Source: Anthoceros angustus (taxonomy: Eukaryota; Plantae; Anthocerotophyta). From it: 64,000 nucleotides of DNA. The notes under the pieces are model-generated. The model made no database searches. It was given only the letters and a program-made list of their open reading frames with translations, and had not been told where the DNA came from. Shown here in pieces: positions 49,159 to 61,900 of this stretch (positions within the stretch are counted from its first letter, which is position 1; the number at the start of each line of letters is the position of its first letter). The translations under genes were made by a program, and so were the position numbers. The stretch covers positions 1-64,000 of the forward strand of contig MU008201.1 in assembly GCA_010909165.1 (NCBI GenBank), read 5' to 3'.

Positions 49159-50397
49159 GAGGAACCGAGGTGCACCATGTCACCATTTTTTGACAGAACT
49201 TCTCATCTCTTGTTTGAATGGTTTTCCTCGAAGGGCGTGCAAAGGGCCCTGCTTCTTCAAGGCTTTTGTGCGTGTTGTCTGGGGACTTAGGCAGCGCTGT
49301 TGTATAACCTGTTTCTTTCAGTTGTAAATGGCAATAGAGTGGTGATGGTGTGGCCTTCTAGGACGTGAACCATGGATTCTAAGGACTAGCTTGCCAGGAA
49401 AAGTCGTCTCGATCTGATGAAGTCACGTGGAGGAAAGGGAAAACAAAGATTCTGACACTGCACCCCCTACATCTCTAAAGGGGGACTTGATTTCAGTAGT
49501 CTTCTCTTTCACACGGACCATTTTCCCCAGAATGAGATATTACAGCTTATGAGTCTCCTATGAACATCAATTGTCAATCACTCAAAGTGTCAGTTCGTGA
49601 AAAGCCTTGCTTCCTCATATGAAGGTCTTATATGCTATAGCTTATCTGTCAACTTTCTTTATCTGTCAACTTTCTTTGGAGGAGCGTGTTCTCATCTGCC
49701 TGTTAGCTGCTCCATCGGTGCGCTGCAGCAGATCCGACCGCTCAAGAAGAGGACTTGTTTTTGCGGTTTCGTTGCTCGATCAAACTATGGGTCCTGAAGC
49801 TGAGGACATGGTTTGAGACGTAGTAGCACTGATCTGCCAGCTACCATGCCTCAATTGCAAATGACACAGCTGCAAACAGCAAGTGAAGGAAGCACTGCAG
49901 CGAGTTCTGGCTCGTGCTCAAAGCTTCGCCAAGAATGTAAGAAGCCTTCTAATCATGTTGCCAGCGTAGCTGCCGGCAGCTATGGTATGTGTTGGGCACT
50001 TTACAGCTCCCACTTCAACGAGGTGTGCAACATGTACATGTGCCACTACCAGTGGATCTGGAGATGTGGAGAATGTCAAGTTGTCAATGGTGGTGGAGAG
50101 GCCGCGTCTAGGATGCTTTTTCAGCTGCTGCGAACTTGCAAGTGAACATGGCGTTGACGTTCACTAGTGTTGGATCGCAACTGGAGCTTGAGGCCAGGTA
50201 CACGTGCAATCTTGCGACGTCAAGATGCGAGGTAGGCATGCCATGCAGGATGCGAGGTCCACATGTAAATGGCGATCCTGGCCTCCGTTCATCAGCATTC
50301 TCGCCAGCTGCATTGGGCACTGCGTTTCCGAGTAGGTAGCATTGAAGTTCAAGGGTAGAATTGGAAATTGGAACAGATCGATTGTCACCGATCTACC

Positions 50398-52020
50398 ATG
50401 GCATTCTCAGGCAGAGCTATGGCAGGATTGGCGCTAGTAGTGGCTGTGAGTGCTGTTTGATACTGGTCTTTTAATGCAAGTTTTGGACTCGAGTTTGATT
50501 CGTTTGGATGGTCGCTGAACTGGTTCTGCATTATCCACATGTGTTGCAGATCCTGGCGATTGCTGCAGGGGGCTCTGCAGGCTTGGAGGTGAGTAGTCTA
50601 GACTGCCCAGGTCGAGAGTGTTGTGATTTGGGGGCCATTGTAGCGGGTTGATGCTGATGCTGACGTTGAGAATGCGCGGGTGTGCTTGAAATTGAGCAGG
50701 GCTTGTCAAGCGGCCCACGGAAGTTGCTGGCCAGCAATTACGAGTGGTACAACCGTGAGAAGCACGAGGTGCGCGACGCCGCCCTGTCCAAGCCACTGGA
50801 CGTGGAAGACGATGACAACGACATGCTCGTCTACGGCAGGTATACGAGTTCAAGGTCTGTGAAGCTGGAGACGGAAGAGGACTCTAAGAAACACGGTCAG
50901 GAGGAAACGAAGGGAGAGGAGAAGAAGGGCGAGGACGAGAAGGAAAAGGAGGAACAGAAGAAGGAGGAGCAAGGGAAGAAGGAAAAGGAGGAAGAGAAGA
51001 AGAAGAAGGGCGGGGAGCAAAAGGTGAGCAAGACTCAGGAGGAACAGGACAAGGGGCGAGAGAAGAAGGAGGAGGAGGAAGAGAAGACGAAAGACGAGAA
51101 GAAGAACGACGAAAAGAACAAGGAGCAAAAGAAGGAGGAGGAAGAGGAGATTAAGAAGGAGGAGGAAGGGAAGAAGGAGGAAGACGAGAAAAAGAACAAG
51201 GAGCAAAAGGAGTTAGAGAAGAAGAACAAGGACCACAAAGAGCAAGAGAAGAGCTACGAACAAAACAAGGAGCAGGAGAAGAAGGGGGAAGAGGAGAAGA
51301 ACAAGGTCCAGAAGGGGGAAGAGCAGAAGGAGCAAGAGAAGAAGGGGGAAGAGGAGAAGAACAAGGACCACAAAGACGAAAAGAACAAGGAGCAAGAGAA
51401 GAAGGGGGAAGAGGAGAAGAACAAGGACTATAAAGACGAAAAGAACAAGGAGCAAGAGAAGAAGGGGAAGAGGAGAAGAACAAGGACTATAAAGACGAAA
51501 AGAACAAGGAGCAAGAGAGGAAGGGGAAGAGAAGAACAAGGACCACAAAGACGAAAAGAACAAGGAGCAAGAGAGAAGAAGGGGAAGAACAAGGACCACA
51601 AAGACGAAAAGAACAAGGAGCAAGAGAAGAAGAAGGGGGAACAGAACAAGGAGCACGAGAAGAAGGGGAAGAGGAGAAGAACAAGGACCACAAAGACGAA
51701 AAGAACAAGGAGCAAGAGAAGAAGGGGGAACAGAACAAGGAGCAAGAGAAGAAGGGGAAGAGGAGAAGAACAAGGACCACAAAGACGAAAAGAACAAGGA
51801 GCAAGAGAAGAAGGGGGAAGAGGAGAAGAACAAGGACCACAAAGACGAAAAGAACAAGGAGCAAGAGGAGAAGAAGGGGGAAGAGGAGAAGAATAAGGAC
51901 CACAAAGACGAAAAGAATAAGGAGCAAGAGAAGAAGAAGGGGGAAGAGGAGAAGAAGGAGCAGGAGAAGAAGAAGGAGGAAGAGCAGAAGCGGGGAAGAG
52001 GAGAAGAAGCAAAAGGGTAA
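50398..52020 (+). CDS. Secreted, highly charged Lys/Glu-rich tandem-repeat protein of unknown function
   Basis: Phase-0 exons 50398-50445, 50550-50588 and 50700 onward give MAFSGRAMAGLALVVA|ILAIAAGGSAGLE|GLSSGPRKLLASNYEWYNREKHEV..., then K/E repeats. Frameshifts fall in A/G homopolymers of the repeat. Confidence 0.72.
51260..51960 (+). repeat. ~60-bp coding tandem repeat encoding ~QEKKGEEEKNKDHKDEKNKE
   Basis: GAAGGGGGAAGAGGAGAAGAACAAGGACCACAAAGACGAAAAGAACAAGGAGCAAGAGAA recurs about 10 times with variants. Confidence 0.9.
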
Positions 52021-52408
52021 GGGTCACAAAGACAACTAAAGCACGTGCATAAACTAATAGCTGCACGTGCATAACTAATAGCTCAATTGACGAGTAGTTG
52101 CCAATATTGTTCTCAAGCAAACTTCCAGTAGTCCCTCATTTGATCTGGAATGTATAGTTCTCAGATTTTTCTGCAGTTAATCTATATCAGATTGTACTCG
52201 TTGGGGTAACATGATGTATTTGTGGAAGTCTTATCACTTCCTCGCACTTGTTGAAGCCACATGGGGGTATTCTGATGAATCTCTTATGAACAAGAAGTCA
52301 CATGGGAATATGAGCCCAGGACATATTCTTATATGTGATCGACATAATTCACACTCAAGCCAACATTTTCAAGCATTATTTTTGCGTTAACCATTATGAT
52401 CAATAGTT

Positions 52409-52491
52409 AAACGTTAAATATGTTTCTGGCGATGTACGCATGACATGCCAAGCATGTCATGCGTACATCGCCAGAAACATATTTAACGTTT
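52409..52491. repeat. Perfect inverted repeat: 40-bp arms with a 3-nt loop
   Basis: AAACGTTAAATATGTTTCTGGCGATGTACGCATGACATGC-CAA-GCATGTCATGCGTACATCGCCAGAAACATATTTAACGTTT. Confidence 0.95.
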
Positions 52492-53239
52492 TCGGAAGGC
52501 ATTGGAGGGAGACACATATTTTCCTTTAAACACAATGCCCTATTTCCGAGAGACACATATTTGCCTTTTTAAGTTTCAAGGCAAGACACAATGCTGACAG
52601 AAACTCGGTACTCCTCCCCTTTCCATACCAGTCTTGAAAGCGGAACCATCAAATATCAAACTTGGTTTGGACTAGAAAACAGTAGTGTCATATACGGATT
52701 GGGTCCAAGCACGGTTAGGTAGACCACATTATGTGGGGACGGACGCAACGCGTATTTATGTCCACATGTGGACGTAGTTACCTTCTGAAAATTCTCCCCA
52801 CTAGAATATCTATCGAAATGATTCAATTTTTTTCCCATAACTAAGAGCAAGGCAACAAGTCCACAGTAAAATGCTCAGAGTTAAAGGATATGATTTGTGC
52901 ATATGGTATTTAATTGTTTGATCACGGATGGACAAGTGAACTTTGGACACAAAAAGTGAGCACAAGACACACAACCCAAGTTCATTTGAATTTCAAACCA
53001 TCCCATCAAGTGAACACGGAACAGAGTGAGTCTCAGATATCACACTCAAGTTTGGCACTTGTTCAAATTTCAAAGTTTGGAATACGGAATTTCAAAGTCC
53101 GGCTTTGGCGGAATTTCAAACCATCCTCAAGTGAACACGGAACACTAAAAGTGAGGCATGGTCACAAACAAGTGTAAACTTGTTTGAATTTCAAAGTTTG
53201 GGTAAGCGGAATTTCAAAACGAGGTACCCAAGTTCTGCG

Positions 53240-56200
53240 GCTCATCTTTGATGAGAGCATAACCTCCGATCTGCACGCTGCGAGCCTTTCGCCTTCATGC
53301 TTTGGAGGGCTCGGTACCGTGTGTGAACCATGTGCCTAGTATTGTGAGCTGCGACGGAGGAGGCGGGAAGGGAGCCCTCGAGCGAGGCCAAGGAATCGAA
53401 TGGCTCCAGTGCATCCCTCTTGAGTGCACTTAAGAGAGCGAAGCACGCTGGAAGCGCCGATGGAGGGAAAAGCAATTTGAAATGTATCTTTGTGTGTGGA
53501 AGATGTTAGGCAAGATCGGAGCATCTTTGCTGTGGAGGAGGCACCCTTACATGGTGAGAAGGGATCTTATCCACGATTGAATGTTGTTGTGGAAGAACGG
53601 AGCAGGCCGAGGGCAGAGCAAACAACACCTCTTTCATCCACAGAGCGGTCAAGGCGGTTCCGTGCACGGCAAGGGGCGGTGGGATCTCACCCAGGTCAGC
53701 GATAGGGCCGTTGTGATGCACAGTGTGGCCGTGTTGCTCGTGAACTTGGTCACATTTTCTTACATAGAACTGCCCACTTCAATTCTGATAGCAAGGCCAA
53801 GGTGCTAGATGCTTTTTCCAGGCTTCGTGGCCTCAAGGAGTTCTTCCTGCGTGAGGGGTGAAGGCTCAAGCCACATCCCTAGCTTTCCGGAACATCGGGC
53901 GGCCATGAAGAAGGCTGGAGTGTACAAGCGTCGATAAGTTGAAGGCAAGACAAACCTTCATGAATATTGTGCTTACTGAGGATGTGAGGCAAGAAGCTGG
54001 AGCATCTGCCCTTGGCCGGGTCCTTGGGGTCAGCAGGCGTGTTGTGGCACGCCATCTTCAGACCCGCGGCGATTTGCAAAGTGCACCAGAGGAGGTGCAC
54101 TGGTGTGGGTGGGGACGGAAGGCTCGTTCCGATTGTTTGACCCAAGAGGTAAAGCAAGCTGTTTTGCAATTTTGGGAGACGGCATCAAGGCCTTCCTCCA
54201 ACTCCAAGGATGCTAGGCGGCAACGGGTGGCTCCTCTTGTATTCCACACCCACATAATCCATTTCCTGGATACCTCTCAGGTGATCAGTTCAACGTGTTT
54301 TGTCTTTGCTACTTCCACTGGTGGTGAGCACACTGCCACTGGTGGTGAGCGCATCTCCTTGCCTAGTGCCTCTATCCATGCTTGCGCTGGAACACTGCCA
54401 CTAACCTTGTAAGTTGTTACACCGCCACCGTCACCACTACATGTGACCCCGATGGCTACTGCTGTCACTCTCCATGTTCAGCCCTTCCTTCCGTGTGGTG
54501 ATTGTCGCTGAGCCGCTTCATCATTTTGCTTGCGCTGGTCTCGTCATTTGTTCTTGCTCATTTGTTCGGTGCAATGCTCATTTGCTCTTGCTCATTTGCC
54601 CGGCTCCGGTCATTTGTCCTGCTTCGGGCATTTGCGCTAGCTCCTGGTCATTTGCGCTCGGTCATTTGCGCTGGTCTCGTCATTTGTTCGGGTGCAATGC
54701 TCATTTGCGGCCTCGTCATTTGTTGGTGCAATGCTCATTTGCTCTTGCTCTTGCTCATTTCATCTGTATGCAATGCTCATTTGTAGACCCAGTTCACTTG
54801 AGGATGTCCAGGCTCACTTTCTTTGAGAGGAGGCACTTCATGTGGCTCTTTAGAGGGTTGTGTTCGAGCATGCATTGTCGTGTTTGATCTGCAGATGTAG
54901 TTTTTTGCGCTTTCGAAAGGAGCATCCGAACATCAACATTGGCCAACGAGCATTTGAAAGCTGAAGCCCTTCTTCATCAAGTCCCAAGAGAGAAATGTCA
55001 TTGTTGTAGGTACCATGTCGAGATGGCGTTTTGAAGGACGCCTGAACTTGCTACGCAGTGCCACATCAAAGTGCACCTCTGGCGTGTGGGTGTGGAGAGA
55101 AACCCGAGGAGGGGACAAGTGCTACGCTCCTCGGAGATGTTTTACCTCCGTCCGCGAGATGGTGCAATCTGTTTTATGTCCTAGAGCACCGGATGAGGAC
55201 CGCATAGGCGAAAATGTTTGCTTGGTAAATGCGGCTTGTGGAGTTTCTAAGCTGGCCCTCATCCTAAGGAGGTTTCACAAGCAATTTTGGAGGTGAAGTG
55301 GCGGTGCTTTGAGTACCGTAAGTGGGAGTGAATGAGGACGGAACCTCTAAGACCGTAATAAAGCTAGTCTATAGGGAAACTCATCCTTGGCGATGATTGA
55401 ATTCCTTCAAGATAAGCTGGCTGCCTTCATTTCACATGATTACGTCCAAAGATGGCAAGCCACAGGTTTTGAATGCATTGATTGGTTTCGAGGATGTGAT
55501 AGTTTCATATGGACTTCTCGCAGAACTATGCTTTCCAAGTTCGAGCGAGATACAATCAATGCACCGCATAGTGATCAAGTGACTATCCTAGTCCATGTTA
55601 CATATATGCGGATGGGGCGGTGGTAGAGGAGGACCCCTATTGCAATGTTCAAAAGTTTTACCACTTTTACATTAGTGATGACATGCGACGACACTCTCTT
55701 TGTCCAAAGATGCCCTTATGCTACTGGGGATGTTGCTGTCCAATGGATACAAGAGGCCACGGAGCATTGGATGTGGTCGGATGGTGCACTTCCGGTTTAA
55801 GGCTTGCGACCAAGCTATTTTGTGGCGGTACCCGGTCTAACGGGGATGCAAAATCTTTGTGGAGTTATTTTGGGTCGGGACACGGAAAAGGGGAGCACGA
55901 TGGGGCGGTGCCATATTAAAGAGGGCACTACGTGGAGAAGAGTCACACCTTCACCGACAAGGCTGCAGTCAGACGTTGTCGAGTTCTGCGTTCAGATATC
56001 TCATGGGGCATCCTCCTATGCAAGTGGCGAAGGCGGTGCAGAGGGTTTTTGGTTGGTGGGAAAGAATGAAGTCAACCGCAGTGCCGTGGGGTGTGCACCA
56101 ATCCGGGTTCTAAAGGCATGCACATTTACGGGACTCGTGGATGCAACCAACCTCGGCTCAAGATGCGGCATCTAGCGTGTTTTGTGCTATTTGCATGGGC

Positions 56201-56800
56201 GGTGACCATGCGGCATGTGAGTCGATGCCCCATGGCATCGGCATTCGATTACTTTGAGGCCGGACAATAGGGATCCTGGTGACCCGGTGCACTGCACCAT
56301 TGCTGCTAAATGCTCCTGGAGAGGATGGGCCGCCTGCTGCTGTTGACGACGAGGTTGCAAATGAGGATGTCTCTGAACTCGCAGACCTCTTAGAGCTCGG
56401 AGACAACTTTCTGGTGCGTGCAGATCCTAGGGATGAAGGTTCAAGTTTTTATTTGGCAAAATGCACTGTTGCAGTGCATGTGACCACGGAGCACATTACC
56501 TGTCCATGGAGCAAGCAAAACTTCCTCCCAGGTGACAAGGTAGTTGTGGGCCAATACTACTACTCCGGGCGTGAGCCGGATGGTTGTGTGTACACTTTGG
56601 ACTACGATTCGCGGAGGTCACCCTTCTTTCAACTGCGTGAGAGCGCAAGTTCCCCGTTGGAACGAGTGGAAGGAGGCCGGCTATTGTATGTCTGGACTCG
56701 ACACGGAGTCCTTTAAAGAGCTTGTGAGGGAGGGAAACTAGGACATATGCCCATGCCTTCACGAAATGACCTTGATCTGACTTCTAAATACCATGGTCTG
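53240..56800 (+). pseudogene. Frameshifted DDD/E transposase (Sola2-like)
   Basis: RKARSDCLTQEVKQAVLQFWETASRPSSNSKD. Reconstructed across frameshifts: MDFAENYAFQV..EIQSMH..SDQVTILVHVTY, FYISDD, WSDG, WSYFGSGHGKGEHDG. Confidence 0.72.
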
Positions 56801-57699
56801 GTAACCATCTTCACACGCAAAAGGCCTCGATGCACTCCGCATGAATATGGAGCACTTTGCCTGAATTGCAGCATTGCGGGTGATAAGCTCTAACGCAAAA
56901 TCCGGCTGAAAACCCCCCGCCGTCGAGGTTTGTACAGTGTAAGCTTGAAGCAAGTGAGCCATGGCTGCGGAGATGGGTGCGGGTGTTGCTGCGGTGGCAG
57001 GCGCGGGGGTCGCAGCGATGGCAGGAGCGGGTGTCGGTGCGATTGCGGGAGCGAGTGTGGGTGCGATGGCGGGCACGGGGGTTGGAGCAATACCGGAAGC
57101 AGATGGCAGGCGAAGACCATTCATGGCTCAGGCAGCCTACTGGGCAAGTGTCCGGGAAGACCTGCGTGGTCATTTGGCGGTGATCCGGCAACCGCAGATC
57201 CGGCAGGCGCAGATGATGCTTGAGAGACTACCCACGTCCAGCGAGCAGTCAGTGATCATAGACATCGGTGGCCCACCAGAAGATGAGAGTGAGGATACAC
57301 AATCCGTGCAGTCAAGCTAGTCTCCAAGAAGGAATCAAGAAACGGGGAAACTAGAGGTGTATCATGTCAGAGAGACTATTTTCCGGCCCATGTTTGTTCT
57401 TGCGTGCTCGGGGAGTGTGTGTTGGAAGGAAGGCTCTCCCTATGCACATGCGGGAGGCTCTCTTGATTCACTAGTGAAAAACGTCAAAATTGTCCAACAT
57501 TGGAGTCAAGTTTCCCAATTTTTGTCCATTCAAGTCTCTCCATTGTCCAGAAGTCTAGCCACCTACAATTCAGCGTTTGGTCCGTGCCTCTAGGGCTTCT
57601 TCTAGCGTGGCCTGCACTGTAGGGCTTACCCAATACTTGACAACCTCGTTCTTGTTGTGGGGATCCAGCTTGGCTTGCTCCAGCATCTCGACTTTGGCG

Positions 57700-58140
57700 C
57701 ACCACGTAGTCCGCCTGCAGACTTGCTTGCCCAAGCCTTCCCTTGTTGAAGCTCGTATAGCGTGGCCCTACTTCCACGTAATAATTACCCTCTACAACCT
57801 CGGGGCCTGCGAATGGGAAGACCCTTCCAAAATTTGTCTTCATGCCGCTTGAGTTTGTGCACACCTTCACACACGAGGAGGTAGAAGTTAACGTTCTCTA
57901 TATTGCTCCGGCATCTCGACTTTGGCTCGCGTGAATGCGCGGCGTTGCCCAAGCCTTCCCTTGTTAGAAGCTCGTATAGCGTGGCCCTACTTCCACGTAA
58001 TAATTACCCTCTACAACCTCGGCGCTGCGAATGGGAAGACCCTTCCAAAATTTGTCTTCATGCCGCGCTTCGAGTTTGTGCACACCCTTCACACACCTGA
58101 GGAGGTAGAAGTTAACGTTCTCTATATTGCCTGGCTCCGC
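57700..58140. repeat. ~215-bp internal tandem duplication within the transposon
   Basis: Both units contain CCCAAGCCTTCCCTTGTT.GAAGCTCGTATAGCGTGGCCCTACTTCCACGTAATAATTACCCTCTACAACCTCGG...GAGGAGGTAGAAGTTAACGTTCTCTATATTGC. Confidence 0.9.
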
Positions 58141-58379
58141 ACGTACCATATAGTTATCCCCAGGCTCCAACTCTTGCACTGCTGGAGGCAAGTGACTAGT
58201 CTTCGATCTTGCTGAATGTGCTGGCTTGGTCGTCTTTGGAGCCTTACGCTTCGTGCCTCTTTTCCCAGAGCGGGTCCCCATGCTCACAGCAGCCTCACTA
58301 TTATCCTGCTGCACCAAATCTATGCCCACCCCATTCACATTCCCAACGAGACAATGCAGCGACTCCTCGGTGTGTCATT

Positions 58380-58950
58380 CTCCACCTCGGTATGGCCTTC
58401 TCCACCTCGGTGTGTCCTTGTCTAGTTGAGATGCACCCTTCTTCGCCTCGATTGTGACCTCATTCTCCACCCCAGGTTTGTCCTTGTCCACATCATGTGT
58501 GTGTTTCTCCGCGTCACGTGTGTCCTTCTCCACATCATGTATGGCCCTCTCTTGCTCAAGTGTGGCCTTCTCCACGTCAGGCATGGCCTTCTCCACCTCA
58601 AGTGTGGCCTTCTCCACTCCAGCTATGCCCTTCTCCACCTCAGGTATGGCCTTCTCCACTGCAGCTGTGTCCACCTTAGGTATGGCCTTCTCCACTGTGT
58701 CCACCTTAGGTATGGCCTTCTCCACTGTGTCCACCTCGGTATGGCCTTCTCCACGCCTGTGGCCTTCTCCACCTCGTATGGCCTTCTCCACTGCTGTGTC
58801 CACCTCGTATGGCCTTCTCATGTCCACCTCGTATGGCCTTCTCCACGCCTGTGGCCTTCTCCACCTCAAGCTGATCTTCTCCACATTAGGTGTGGCATTC
58901 TCCCTTGAGGTGGTGTTCTCCAGGCGTGGCCTTCTCCCACTGTGGCCTTC
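58380..58950. repeat. Degenerate ~21-30-bp minisatellite (core GGCCTTCTCCAC)
   Basis: About 20 recurrences; the minus strand reads VEKA(I/T/M)P/L repeats. Confidence 0.85.
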
Positions 58951-61900
58951 TCCCCACACCGCACTTTGTTCCACATGAGTGTGCAAATGCACTGGGTCCC
59001 CTCGATCCCCCCGCCTGCATTGTCTTCCTGCCGCAGTGCACTTGCCTCCCCTAGCCCTACTCACAATGCCCCAGCGTTGGCACCCTTTTTCACCGAGGCG
59101 GGTCCAAGGAACCCTCCGTGGCGATCCGCACGCCAAAACCGAGCCATACGAGCCGCCGCCGGTGGCAAGCAGTCGCCGTATTCGAATGGGAACACTCCGG
59201 CACTTGACATCGAGGCAACTTGTCGTAGCTGCAAAAAGCATTGATAGCATTAGCTTTGGAGGAAAGCAATACAAGGGAAAAGGAAATCCCGTTCCTCGCC
59301 CACACCCTCGCCCGGACACGGAGATCTTCTGCGGGTATGAACTGGCGGTGACTTGCGAATCTTCTCAAGGCGAGAGAGCAATCCATCCGGATCCTTTACA
59401 AGCTCAAGGTACTCGGACTTCCACTCCTTGAGTTGTTCATCGCACCATGCCTCCGCGTTCCTCGCGGATCCAGCCCCTTTGCGACGTACCACCGGTGTCC
59501 ACCTCCATCTGCAGTCTTGAGGGCACAATGCTTGTTGGTGCAAATGAGAAAAGAGGCAAAATTCATGGTACATATGCCGCATGAGGCGAGAACACGCTCA
59601 TTGCAAACCACCGCAATGACATGTACTCGGTGAGAAACACGGCAAGCACTAAGCGGACAAGTTCACGGATCCACGGTACCAAAAGCATACCTAGCGCATA
59701 TAGGGCAAGCATTCACAACAATGGTCGGCTCATCCGCTCAAGGGCTGGAAGGAAGTTGGTGCGACCAGCCTCCCTCCACTTCAACATCCATGATGCGCCA
59801 AGGACTTGAGGACGTTGAACATCCGTTCGCTTGTGACACAAGCCTGTTGAAGCTCATCTTTGAGCACGAGAGTCCTCCGTCGCCAGCTCCTCAACCCATA
59901 ATACAGCTCTTCTCCAGCATACAGGCTTGAAGGCGGCCGAAGGTGGGCGACCAAGGATCTGCCCTTGAATGTCCTCAAAAGTCTCGTCATCTTGATGCTC
60001 TTACGCACCATCTCCATTTCACAGGAACACTTGCGAATGTCGAACGCCACCTCCCAAGCCTCTGTTTTCCGGTCAAAGCATGCTTTACCTCCTTTACAGC
60101 ATCCACCTTGTCAAGTTGGACATTTACATCAACTCCCTGATACGGATCGGTGGTTCGAGCACGGTAGCCACCTTGGTCTTCCTTCGCGAGCTTCCTTCAC
60201 CTTCACAAGTACAAAGGCAAGTAAATCACCCATCAGTGGATCCAGTGGGACACTGTTGCAGGGAAAGTAGCAATGTGCCACCAGGTCGAGTGAAGGAAAA
60301 GTGATACTGGGCACATCAAGTGGAGGAGAAACACAGAGCAAATGACCAGGATACAACGCACATGTCGCTCAACAACTTGGTCTGAGTGACTGACCAAGGC
60401 AACAACGAGCATGGTGCACTTCACATGACCCTACACCATGGCAAACTAGGTTGAATGACCAGGAGGGCCAGACTGGGGTGCACCTCACATGATAGTAGGC
60501 AGTGTAGAGGGACTTAGCGACCAGGCATGACAAACATGCAGCACAAGGTGAGACAAACTTGAAAGCACGGTAGCCTACCAGCAACCGGCAGCTGCTTGTG
60601 TCCTTTGGGCCCCCCTAGCAGTAGGGCTCTTCCTCCTTGACTCCTGCAGCCTTCACCGCCTCTGCCCGCTTTCCCTCACGGACTTCTCGTTTCTTATTCC
60701 TCCCTGTTTGTGTCTTCTCGTGGAAGGTCTTCCAGTTCACGTCGAGGCCAACAAGTTTCTCCAGCGCAATTCCAAGGGCCATGAGCCTAGGGATCCGCTT
60801 CTCCCCCAGGCTGGGCCTCAGCTCGTACATGCCAAAAATAAGAACATCAATTTCCCTCCATTCTTCTTCGCTAAGGGCATCAGTTTCCCGCCAGCCATGC
60901 CCCTCGTTAAAACTAGGGGGCCCAAAAAGCCTCTCCACCTCCTCGTTCCCCAACCTGTCCCTCAGTCCATTTGCGAGTCCCAGGTCTTTGACATCCACCC
61001 CAGCACAACGGAGGCTGCCATCAGCCGCCCTCCATGTCCAACTTGCCATGGGCCCTTTCGCTTCTGCCCATATTCCCTCCAGAAGCGCTCTCTTTCTTCT
61101 TGCTCGGCGCTCCTTCCCTTCCGCTTTTCCACTCTTGGATACCATGGATCTGCCACTTCGGCGCTTGGGCACCTCAGGTGAGCTTGCTTCCACCTCGCCT
61201 GCAATCTCGTCACATCCTTTGGATGAGTGCCCAGCTCCCACGATAATTGTCTTCCACATCTCTGGCCTCCTCACTTTCTTCAAGCTCCTGTTATGCGGAC
61301 TTAGAGGCATTTCCACACACAAGGCAACCTTAGACACCATGAGGAACATGGACCAGTTATGTCAAATGGAGCATGAGGAACACGTGAGCCACCCTCCACA
61401 TCTGCACTATGAAAACACGCCTCGGTGGCGGGCCTTCTTTAGCGAGGCCATCACGCGTCTTTGCGTGGCGGCCTCCATCACCAGGCTCGCCCTTGCCTCG
61501 GCGGCTACAACTTTGGTCGGGTCGACGGCCCTCGGCGGGCATGCCTCAGCGACCATCGCCTAGGCTCGCCTCGTCCTCCGCCATCCGCAGCCCTCGCCGT
61601 GCGGACAAGGCCCATGTCGTGGCCCCAAGCCACGGCTGGGCTCGAGGAGGCTCCTGGCTGAGCCTCGGGACATGCAGTGGAGTGCCTCCCTTGAGCGCAA
61701 AACACTCCTCACGTCACGATTACCACCTCACCCACGAGGGCGCCACTAGGAAACATGTAGTACACGGAGGGCATCCGTGATCGTAGCTTCCGAGCTCCTA
61801 GGTGGGCGTTTCCTCAGTGGGCACGGATGTAGTCGAGGCAGGACCATGGCGGCAAGCGCAAAACCCTAAACCCCGGTGAATGCGGCTTGAGCAACCTCGC

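Noticed and set aside
49500-50390. Several 60-110-aa ORFs between SUVR5 and the K/E gene
   Set aside because: No consistent strand, motif or splice structure; likely UTR or intergenic.
51260-51960. Regular ~60-bp repeats resembling a CRISPR-like array
   Set aside because: No unique spacers. The units are contiguous, codon-structured and part of a eukaryotic K/E-rich ORF.
50850-52120. Long Leu/Phe/Ser-rich minus-strand ORFs that look like multi-pass membrane proteins
   Set aside because: They are antisense shadows of the purine-rich K/E repeat.
60637-61563. 308-aa plus-strand Ser-rich ORF
   Set aside because: Antisense to the more protein-like minus-strand frame of the transposon accessory gene.
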